In this document: positions 53,301-64,000 of the stretch, in pieces
Position numbering within the stretch: position 1 is the first letter of the stretch
Layout: every line of letters begins with the position of its first letter
NCBI GenBank assembly: GCA_963920595.1
Contig: OY986946.1
Span: 9,610,001-9,674,000 of the forward strand
Direction of reading: 5' to 3'
From: Eimeria praecox
Taxonomy: Eukaryota
DNA length: 64,000 bases
Translations under genes and position numbers: made by a program
Notes under the pieces: generated by a model
Database searches by the model: none
Seen by the model: only the letters and a program-made list of their open reading frames with translations
What the model was told of the DNA's origin: nothing

Positions 53301-56300
53301 GGGGGTGTGCACAACGTAGACAGGGCAGGCAAAACGAGAGTCTGCTTTTTCAAGCACTGGCGTAAACCAGACGGTACGCTGAAGAAGCAGCTGGAGCACA
53401 CAAACTATATTTCATAAATCGGTGGCGGAGAGTTGTAGGCATTTTAACGAGGTAGCATTTATCTGGTGTCCCTTAAGGAAAATCGTGCACCCTTGCTGCT
53501 GGCGATTGACGCTTTTGGAAGCGTCGCTCCAATTCCACGCTGGGTTGCAGAAACGCAACAATGGCCAAGGAGTTACCTTAGCTCAGCCAAACGCTATTTT
53601 GTCCAGGGCGTACGCAACTGATATTTATACAAAGGTTGCGGAAGCGTACACACACAGTATCGCTGAAACGCAACAATGAACAGTAACTTTGCAGTAGCCA
53701 GCAGCATTCCTCTTGTTTAAACCGCTGAATATGCGTCGCAGAGCGTGAGTGCATTTCCTCACACGCAACGTTCAGCAATCGGCTTGGTACCAATTTGACA
53801 AGGCAGCCTGGACAGTTGCTAGGTCACGTCGGATGGTGCATGCCTCGCTACACGCCATGACAAGCATTAGGAATAGGATAAGACTAACGCAAGGGGTTGA
53901 TGCCGATCCTACTGCGAATGCTTGCATCAAAGCATCGTGCTTGTGTCATGAAGGGAAACACCATGATGGTAACAAGTGATTAATGTGCTCTTTCCTGTGT
54001 TGCTGGCAGGTGGTACGCCTGGCGGCATCGAGGCATCGAGCTATGCAGCTACTGCTCCGCGGAGCCGAAAACTCTGATTCTGTTCTGGTGAATTTACCGA
54101 TCCCCTTGCATTTGCTGCGTGCTCATCTGGCCAAAAAGGGAGTGAGGTTAACGTCTTGCAGATATGTGAAGTCGCTTGTACAGATGTTTATGGCTACATA
54201 GTTAGTGGCACCGAAGCCAAGCACTTTCGTATTCAGCAAATAACCGGCCGCTATTAACAGGCATCTTGCGGAGGTGTGCGCATGCAGCATCCATGGAAGG
54301 CAGCAATGTAGTAACTTAGCCAGCACCATTCCTCTTGTATAAATCGCTGAATTTACGTCGCAGAACGTGAGTGCATTTCCTCACACGCAACGTTCAGCAG
54401 TCGGCTTGGTACGAAATTGGCAAGGCAGCTTGGGCAGTTCCTGGGTCACGTCGGGGCGTGAACACTTATATATGGTGCATGCCTCGCTACAGGCCCTGAG
54501 AAGCATCAGGAATAGGGTAAGACTAACGCAAGGGGTTGATGCCGATCCTACTGCGAATGCTTGCATCAAAGCATCGTGCTTGTGTCATTAAGGGGAACGC
54601 CATGATGGTAACAAGTGATTAATGTGCTCTTTCCTGTGTTGCTGGCAGATTGTACGCCTGGCGGCATCGAGGCATCGTGTTATGCAGCTACTGTTGCGTG
54701 GAGCCGAAAGCACTGACTCTGTTCTGGTGAATTTACCGATCCCCATGCACTTGGTGTATGCGCTTAAAAGGCGGTGAGGTTAACGTCTTGCAGAGATGTG
54801 CATCCACATGTGCAGACATTTGTAACTACATAGTTCGTGGTGGTGATGCCAAAAAGGGCGTAGCTGTTCGGCCACATTGGCCTGCGCAGCTCAATGGAAT
54901 TTGACACCGCAGGGCGTAGGTCTGTGAGGTTATTGAGAGGGTCCTGAGGCGTCCCTGTGACTAGGAGCAGTGCACCGCAGCGCTGCTCTGTTTGCATCCG
55001 TGGTGTGGGGGTAGACCGGCCGGGGCTGCAGAATCGATTGCGGCATAAATTACTGCAGCTGCAAGTGCGACTGCAACGAACGCAGGTGGACAAAAAAGGA
55101 ACAATGCTAACCGCTGATTTGGCAATGAGGAAGAAGTACCGCCTCGGGCGACTACCCTGAGTTGCTCTGCTCAGCTGGTGAGTCATACAGTTAGCACAAA
55201 CTATGGTTAATTTCGAAGGGATTGGCATGCAAGAGTTTTGCCTGGTGATGCTGGAACTGCACGCAGTCCCCGCAGATATTTGCCGGGCCGCGAAAGAGTC
55301 ACCTGCAACCGCTTGAAGGAACGAAGCTGAAACTGTGAATGCCATTTAGTGGAATTGTGTAACTCCTAAGCCTGCGTATTTGGCTGCACAGTTGGTGACT
55401 GCCGACCATTTGAAAGAATGACGCTTCTGCACACGCATTGCTCAACCCACTCAATACATGCAAAGAACTGTTGCGCTATGCGGGGCATTTCCTTTATGTT
55501 CTGAGATGCTTAAGTAGTTTCCTTTGTAAACCTCCCACGAGATACGTTAGCATTAGGGTGGCGCATTCTTACCTGACCCGATAGAGTGAATCATGTTTTC
55601 TTCTTCCAGTCTAGCTTTTACAGATCCGTGAATAGCTGCCAACTTGGCTTCTTATCCCTCGTTGGAAATGCCATTGACTAGTTCTGCGCGCCCGTGTAAC
55701 CGCAGGTGTCCGTTGATGCATAAACAAGCACTTGCCGGAGACCATATATTTATTTAAAGATGCGTGACAGTAAAAGAAGTCTCCTGTGATTTAGGCGAGC
55801 ATTCGTTGTTCCGGGGTATTTTGGCTTTAGCAGTGGCCGAGCCTAGTGGTGAAGTAACGGAAAGTCATGCGGTAGTATTTGTAACCTCCAGGACAGTGCC
55901 TATCGCCAATGTAAAGGCGGCGGCTGGCCTCCCGTCATAGGTATGACGCGGGTGGTGCTGATACGTTGTAGTTTGTGCGTTTACCATACGGGTGTTGATT
56001 GCTTCATCACTAGAGCGCCGATTTAGCAGCAGCTCTCAGGATTTAGACAAGGAACAAAAAGGGAGCTGCGTTCCTTTGTTAGCAGGCCGTTGTGTCCAGC
56101 AAGCATGGCAAAAAATCAATGGCACAGCAGCCGCTAGGGCAACAATTAAAGTAATACCTTGAAGGTAATGAGTGCACTTGGCAGCCTTCATAAACATGCA
56201 TACACAATATGAATATTTGGTGCGCAGGTCTTTTATATGGCGCCGAGGCTGAACTTGAGCGACTACGGCGAAGCAAAAGTATTTGTCCCGCAGAGTGTTT

Positions 56301-57502
56301 GGGCATCTTGACATTTATTGCAGAGTATGCTGAGCATATGCCTCTAGTTACTAATGCCACTGTGACAGGGTTATACGTCAGCGTGCACTCTCATGGAATA
56401 GCCAGGCAATGACCCCATTAGTTTTTCTTAAGTACCATGCGCAGGAGCTAGCTCAGGCAGCACGCATGCCATGGCAAACGTGTCAGCGCGGACCATGACG
56501 GCATTGGACAAAGCGTTAAGAGTATCCGCGGTTATTCGTTCTTGCAGCTGTGCAACCAGGAAGGCAAAGTATAACTTTGCGGTGACAGAACCAGCGTGTG
56601 TATGGGAAAGGACGTGGGAACGCTTGGGTTGAGGAACGCAACACCAAAGGGGCGTCCGCAAAAGCCAGCATGCGCGTTGGGAGCCGCCGGGCATTGCGCA
56701 TTTTCCGTCTGAGGCATGGCTTTACCCACACCAGGAAAAGAACGTAAGCAGGCATTGCCAGTGATGCATTAGGAAATTATTTACTGGGCATCGGGCTGCG
56801 AATACAACCAAGCCTTTTAAACAACTCGCCTATTTCGTACGCCCTATGAATCCATATGAGCAGCTACGCTTGCAGGAGCCTGGAACAGTGAAGGGCCTGC
56901 ATGCATAGGACACGAGCTTAGCCACATCAACCTTTCACCTTGAAGTGTTATGTGGAAGTGCAACTAGGGCTATATCAGCAGTATGCTTCTAGCTATTCCT
57001 GTAGTAATTGTAGGAAGGCGTGAGTGAGTTGCTGGAGCCTTAATCCCGATTCGCAATGCGATGAAATACGGGCGCAGCACCTATTGCAATGTTTACGCCA
57101 CCTGGTCCAGGGCTCTGCGTGTACGCGCCGGCCTTCATATCGTGAGTAATAATTTACCATTGTGTCCGCCCCTCAGTGCTGGCAGATAGGTATTGGTTTG
57201 CTGTCGCCCCCCTATACACAGCGACGGGAAACCAATACTTATCGAGCGGTGCTCCGTGCGGTCTCTAGCAATCCATATGGGCGCACAGGATTTGTGGGCA
57301 CTCTCCGTGCGAGGCGCTGCTGTGAATCTGCGTTGGCAAAACGGAACGGGTATTTAATTAGCTGGCATTGATACCCCGCTGCGGTGCACCGAGCCCTTCT
57401 TGTATTCCAAGGACGCGCTGATGCCTTCAGCGATTTGAATTTGACATTCTACGCGATGCCGCGAGGGAAGAAGAGAGCCGTCTGAGCAGCGACTGTGAGA
57501 TA
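48954..57502. repeat. Large tandem segmental repeat, copy 3 (truncated, with more divergent patches)
   Basis: Collinear with 21795-~30350. Homology stops at TCTGAGCAGCGACTGTGAGATA (~57502). Confidence 0.95.
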
Positions 57503-57519
57503 GGCCTCACAGTCCTTTG

Positions 57520-59475
57520 ACTGTGCCAGCTCGTAGGATTGGTAACGAATGCACAGCATATCAACGCGCGTGCAGCGGGAGTGGAGTGAGAATGCTAGAT
57601 AGTGCAAAGGGTAGTGCGGAATGCTATTCCGAGTAGGGGCGTTGCCTCGTGCGTTGCCCTGCTTTAACACCATATTTCAATTTGCTTGCTCACCAACTAA
57701 TGCCTGTGGTGTGCTGGTAGATGCGTGTGCTGCAGTGGTGGGGCTACAAAGCCTGCAGGAACTGCACGCGTCACGCGCTGGTGCTCTGCATTTGCCGGGC
57801 GCAGGCAGAGTACTAGCCGGAGATAAGGGGCGTCAATGAGGGATTCGGTGCTACTGGTGCCTCCTCAATGCAGCAAGTGGGTCCGCGTGTGTCTAATGCA
57901 CGATTTGAAAAGCGCTTTGTGTGACAGGGGAGTGGGCGCTCCACAATATCGAGGAAGGGCGGAATGCTCCAGGTATCACCGTGCTTACAGTGCAGCGTCT
58001 ACCTGTTCCAATGACCCAGTAGGGGATATGTTCAAGGTTCGGGGCGACGCCGATATCGTGGTTCAGCATGCTTGCTCACTGATGAGAGGCCGTGGATGTG
58101 CTGTTAAAACAGCCGAGCAGAATGCACACTGAGCTATCCATTGTAGAATAGACCATAGTGCGTGGGCAGCTAGCCAACCAAAATGCATACGGGCTGCCGA
58201 TAGCTTAAACCCTCAATCCCCGTACAGCTGCTGCAGTGCTGTTTGCCGATGCATTGCCCGCCTTGCAGGTTGAAACTTTGTAGAGGCAACGACGTCACGT
58301 GCATAGCCTGTACGCTTGCTGGCCTTCCTGAAACATGCGAACCCCTATCGCCAGTGTGTGCAGTGTGCAAGGGCGCAGCATGACCAACTAACTGTGCCAG
58401 CTCGTAGGATTGGTAAAGAATGCACAGCATATCAACGCGCGTGCAGCGGGAGTGGAGTGAGAATGCTAGACAGTGCAAAGGGTAGTGCGGAATGCTATTC
58501 CGAGTAGGGGCGTTGCCTCGTGCGTTGCCCTGCTTTAACACCATATTTCAATTTGCTTGCTCACCAACTAATGCCTGTGGTGTGCTGGTAGATGCGTGTG
58601 CTGCAGTGGTGGGGCTACAAAGCCTGCAGGAACTGCACGCGTCACGCGCTGGTGCTCTGCATTTGCCGGGCGCAGGCAGAGTACTAGCCGACAATAAGGG
58701 ACGTCAATGAGGGATTCGGTGCTACTGGTGCCTCCTCAATGCAGATTGTGGGTCCGCGTGTGTCTAATGCACGATTTGAAAAGCGCTTTGTGTGACAGGG
58801 GAATGGGCGCTCCACAATATCGAGGAAGGGCGGAATGCTCCAGGTATCACCGTGCTTACAGTGCAGCGTCTACCTGTTCCAATGACCCAGTAGGGGATAT
58901 GTTCAAGGTTCGGGGCGACGCCGATATCGTGGTTCAGCATGCTTGCTCACTGATGAGAGGCCGTGGATGTGCTGTTAAAACAGCCGAGCAGAATGCACAC
59001 TGAGCTATCCATTGTAGAATAGACCATAGTGCGTGGGCAGCTAGCCAACCAAAATGCATACGGGCTGCCGATAGCTTAAACCCTCAATCCCCGTACAGCT
59101 GCTGCAGTGCTGTTTGCCGATGCATTGCCCGCCTTGCAGGTTGAAACTTTGTAGAGGCAACGACGTCACGTGCATAGCCTGTACGCTTGCTGGCCTTCCT
59201 GAAACATGTGAACCCCTATCGCCAGTGTGTGCAGTGTGCAAGGGCGCAGCATGACCAACTAACTGTGCCAGCTCGTAGGATTGGTAACGAATGCACAGCA
59301 TATCAACGCGCGTGCAGCGGGAGTGGAGTGAGAATGCTAGACAGTACAAAGGGTAGTTCGGGGTGGCTTAGGCTAGTGCGTTACCCTGCTTCAACAGCGT
59401 ATTTCAGTTTGCTTGCTCACCAACTAATGCCCGTGGTGTGCTGATAGATGGGTGTGCGTTAGTGGCGCTGCAAAG
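57520..59475. repeat. 871-bp tandem repeat, ~2.2 copies
   Basis: ACTGTGCCAGCTCGTAGGATTGG at 57520, 58391 and 59262. The third copy becomes divergent after ~59356. Confidence 0.97.
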
Positions 59476-60988
59476 TCAGCGGGAGCCCCCCCGCATTAAG
59501 CGCTAGTGAGCCGTATTCGCTACAACCATACAGAAGGTATGCCCGCATGCATGCGTTGCAATATAAAATGGAGTGTTTCGTATTTGAAAATGAAGCAATC
59601 ACCTTGCAGCGGGGGGGTTCGACTGACATGCGTAGGAGCGATTCACGGCGTTGGGGGATTCATGCTTGACCTGAATGCTGCCGATCGTGTCGTGTTGTCA
59701 ACAAAAACCCTCGAAGCCGAGGGTGCTCCCATGCTGCTGCTTAGGCAGGAACGAGGTACAGGCAATGAATTGGCAAAAAGGATATTTGGTTTGATGGAAA
59801 TCCGCATTCCATGGCTTCGTGGAAGAGCAGTGTGCTCCAGCGAAATAGCGAAATGGTAGGCGCACCAACAAGCGTCCACGATTCGCCATTATGATGCAGC
59901 ACATTGAATTAACGAGGGTGCGACGGGAGGGGATTAGGAGTTCGAGAGTCTGAAGGATAATGCGGAGCGGTGGCCTTCCCTAACGGACCAGGAGGGAATG
60001 TAGCTAGGGCTTGCCGTGGCAACAATGCCGTACCCCAAGTTGCTTCTCTAGCGAGAAGAGAATGTGGACATATGGGCGTGCGGCCGAAGTGCTGCAAAGC
60101 CAGCAAGAGGTCTCAGTTTCACGAGCTAGAGCTCTGAAAACACAATATGCATTTTGTTCGTTGGCGAACCTCGCCCTCTGCTAGGGATTCAGCTGCACTC
60201 TTAGCATGGCTGGCACACCGTGTCCTGATTCATCCAACTAAAATCATGTTGGGATGCACCCGTAATCCTGCACAAGGACAGAACAAGGAGAATGTTGGCT
60301 TTTGAGTTGTAGCCGCTGATCCAGGCTCAGGTGTGAAGCCAGTGGGACTGCACGTAAAGCTGGCTACTGCTTGGGGTCCTCTGCGGAAAGGAAATCAGCT
60401 AGGACTGCACAGTGTTCAAGGTAGCATTGCGCTGCATCCTTTAGCGGATGAGCAGCATGTGGCGAATATGTTGTTGACTTCCCGTTGAACATCTGTGTGG
60501 GCACGGGACTTGCGGCAGTTGCACTATGGCTGTTTAAATTTGTGCCACGACTGAAGCGCTGGCTGAACATAAAGACATGACCGCACGGCAAAATTGGCAT
60601 TTTCAGCCCTGCTGAGGGGCCCAATGACTCGTTTGATTCGTCCTCATTCATCATGCGCACTGCATCAAAATGGCACCCACGAAATCTGGAGTAACTGCTT
60701 CTGGCGTCTGCCAGCACAGCCGCCCGTCAGCTTGACTCGCCAGGCGCTGTGGGACACAGACAAGCTTCATTATGTGGATACGGACCTGAATGAAAGTATT
60801 TCAGACACTATACGCGGGCGCCCTGGGTCTGGCCGGCATTAGCTTGCGCTTCCACAGTTTCGCCCTTCGGCGGCTGCTGTCCACTACTCTAACCACGAAC
60901 TTGCTACTACTGAGGACCTTTAGAGGCAGGTGCGCGCACACAGCCTGCTTAGTGCGATGCGGCTTGAGTTCATTACATGCATGCCTAC

Positions 60989-63900
60989 GGAATGGACTCG
61001 AAGGACGTACTTAGGTTTGCCATGCTATCATATTAAGAAAATCATATTAGGATGCCTTACCGTCTGGAAGGGCATTGGGATTCAGGACGTATGTCTGCAT
61101 TGGCTCGGGGGGTGCTGCGTTCGTGGACGGCGATAGTCGTTGGCCGTCGGACGTTGCACAAGTGTTTACAGGCCGCATGCTGCTTAGAATTATGCCGCAC
61201 GAGTGGCGGGTCAGGTTGTGTTGATGCCTAGAGTGTTTTGGCGGTTAGGCTGTGTTCGTGGGTTCTTTCAGTGCTTTGTCTCGCCAACCGTCGCTCAGAG
61301 ATGTGGCTGTCTATATTAGTTCATCCGTCTAGCAGTCGTGGAAACATATGTCGGTCTTCCAGTGCATCCTTTGGTTCGGCGCAACTCGGCGTGACGTGTG
61401 CTGCAGTCCAAACGACAATGCATGTATATGGCTCTCCGCAAAAGGCGATTCATGTAGCAATTCGTGGCAAGACGCTGTTAACAGAGGCGGCACTCGCCTT
61501 AAAATTCGGGTGTGCTTCGGCCAAACAACAGAAGTGCAGATTCGTGTTCACTGGCGTTGCTCTCTCGCGTGGCAGGGTTTCTGTCACAGTTCGGCAAGTT
61601 CAGTTGTTCGCATCCCTATTTTGTCGGACGTTGTGCATGCGTACCCTAGTCTGTGAGTTGATGAGCCATCCATCTGGCATCGTGGCCTAAACAGCAGTCG
61701 ATTGTTTCTGCGCCATTTGCAGAAGCCTGCTGTTCTTTAGAGCTAGGGCGAAGCATGACAGCTGGGCGTGTCCTTCAATAGAAGGATAAGGCGGAACGTG
61801 TGGTGGCGTCTGTGCAGAACGGTGTTCATGATTGCAGCGCTGGACGTCAGTAGAACTCTAGCTTAGCTCTTACGCCATTGGGCAAAGTATGCGTCTGCCT
61901 GGACAGTGGTGAGCGACGTCCTAAATCGTGGTGCAGATGTTGCAAAAACGTGTTTTGCTGAGCGCTCCAGCAGTTGATTTCCGAGATAGTCTTGCGCGTG
62001 GGCAGGAGGCCTGAGCTGGGGAATGTTTGGCAGGGGCGTGAGCAAGAGTATGTTCTTCGATGTTTGCATCGTGCGGATAGTGTTTGCATAGGCTAATCGA
62101 TTCGTTTTGCAGGTGATGGTGCACATGGACGCTGGAGCTAAGGTGTGAGGCTGGCGGCAACCGGCGATGTGAGCCGCTTTGATTAGATGCTGGTGGATGG
62201 AATGGACTCGAAGGACATACCTACGTATGGCATGCTATCATATTAAGAAAATCATATTAGGATGCCTTACCGTCTGGAAGGACATTGGGGTTCAGGACGT
62301 ATGTCTGCATTGGCTCGGGGGATGCTGCGTTCGTGGAAGGCGATAGTCGTTGGCCGTCGGACGTTGCACAAGTGTTTACAGGCCGCATGCTGCTTAGAAT
62401 TATGCCGCACGAGTGGCGGGTCAGGTTGTGTTGATGCCTAGAGTGTTTTGGCGGTTAGGCTGTGTTCGTGGGTTCTTTCAGTGCTTTGTCTCGCCAACCG
62501 TCGCTCAGAGATGTGGCTATCTATATTAGTTCATCCGTCTAGCAGTCGTGGAAACATATGTCGGTCTTCCAGTGCATCCTTTGGTTCGGCGCAACTCGGC
62601 GTGACGTGTGCTGCAGTCCAAACGACAATGCATGTATATGGCTCTCCGCAAAAGGCGATTCATGTAGCAATTCGTGGCAAGACGCTGTTAACAGAGGCGG
62701 CACTCGCCTTAAAATTCGGGTGTGCTTCGGCCAAACAACAGAAGTGCAGATTCGTGTTCACTGGCGTTGCTCTCTCGCGTGGCAGGGTTTCTGTCACAGT
62801 TCGGCAAGTTCAGTTGTTCGCATCCCTATTTTGTCGGACGTTGTGCATGCGTACCCTAGTCTGTGAGTTGATGAGCCATCCATCTGGCATCGTGGCCTAA
62901 ACAGCAGTCGATTGTTTCTGCGCCATTTGCAGAAGCCTGCTGTTCTTTAGAGCTAGGGCGAAGCATGACAGCTGGGCGTGTCCTTCAATAGAAGGATAAG
63001 GCGGAACGTGTGGTGGCGTCTGTGCAGAACGGTGTTCATGATTGCAGCGCTGGACGTCAGTAGAACTCTAGCTTAGCTCTTACGCCATTGGGCAAAGTAT
63101 GCGTCTGCCTGGACAGTGGTGAGCGACGTCCTAAATCGTGGTGCAGATGTTGCAAAAACGTGTTTTGCTGAGCGCTCCAGCAGTTGAATTCCGAGATAGT
63201 CTTGCGCGTGGGCAGGAGGCCTGAGCTGGGGAATGTTTGGCAGGGGCGTGAGCAAGAGTATGTTCTTCGATGTTTGCATTGTGCGGATAGTGTTTGCATA
63301 GGCTAATCGATTCGTTTTGCAGGTGATGGTGCACATGGACGCTGGAGCTAAGGTGTGAGGCTGGCGGCAACCGGCGATGTGAGCCGCTTTGATTAGATGC
63401 TGGTGGATGGAATGGACTCGAAGGACATACCTACGTATGGCATGCTATCATATTAAGAAAATCATATTAGGATGCCTTACCGTCTGGAAGGACATTGGGG
63501 TTCAGGACGTATGTCTGCATTGGCTCGGGGGATGCTGCGTTCGTGGAAGGCGATAGTCGTTGGCCGTCGGACGTTGCACAAGTGTTTACAGGCCGCATGC
63601 TGCTTAGAATTATGCCGCACGAGTGGCGGGTCAGGTTGTGTTGATGCCTAGAGTGTTTTGGCGGTTAGGCTGTGTTCGTGGGTTCTTTCAGTGCTTTGTC
63701 TCGCCAACCGTCGCTCAGAGATGTGGCTATCTATATTAGTTCATCCGTCTAGCAGTCGTGGAAACATATGTCGGTCTTCCAGTGCATCCTTTGGTTCGGC
63801 GCAACTCGGCGTGACGTGCGCTGCAGTCCAAACGACAATGCATGTATATGGCTCTCCGCAAAAGGCGATTCATGTAGCAATTCGTGGCAAGACGCTGTTA

Positions 63901-64000
63901 ACAGAGGCGGCACTCGCCTTAAAATTCGGGTGTGCTTCGGCCAAACAACAGAAGTGCAGATTCGTGTTCACTGGCGTTGCTCTCTCGCGCGGCAGGGTTT
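60989..64000. repeat. 1210-bp tandem repeat, ~2.5 copies, open at the right window edge
   Basis: GGAATGGACTCGAAGGAC at 60989, 62199 and 63409; ORFs 61238/62448 are offset by 1210. Confidence 0.98.

Noticed and set aside
18960..57502. LTR retrotransposon or DNA transposon interpretation of the direct repeats
   Set aside because: No gag, RT, integrase or transposase motifs, terminal inverted repeats or target-site duplications were seen; the repeats are head-to-tail tandem.

Overview
I can support no protein-coding gene, rRNA, tRNA, CRISPR array or intact mobile element in this window. It reads as eukaryotic, almost entirely repetitive DNA; frequent TGCATGCA/GCATGC motifs fit a coccidian apicomplexan or a chlorophyte, but the taxon is a guess. 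Layout: (1) 1-12481, about 12.5 near-identical copies of a 995-bp unit that is strongly G+T-rich on the + strand; (2) ~12482-18400, apparently single-copy sequence with no recognisable ORF; (3) ~18400-24000 and ~30500-33700, decayed arrays of an old ~0.92-kb monomer marked by a recurrent CAGCCA|GTAAG anchor, including a younger 930-bp duplication; (4) 21795-57502, a ~12.3-kb segment repeated about 2.7 times, with junction-specific extra duplications (1014 bp and ~1.5 kb), an internal ~640-bp duplication and patchy divergence between copies; (5) 57520-59475, an 871-bp tandem repeat; (6) 60989-64000, a 1210-bp tandem repeat running off the window. The most notable points are the nested repeat hierarchy, an exon-like AG-56 nt-GT cassette kept in diverged monomers, and template-switch-like footprints (a 40-bp palindrome and a junction hairpin). 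All alignments were done by eye, so boundaries of diverged segments are approximate. I do not see evidence for a novel gene system here.
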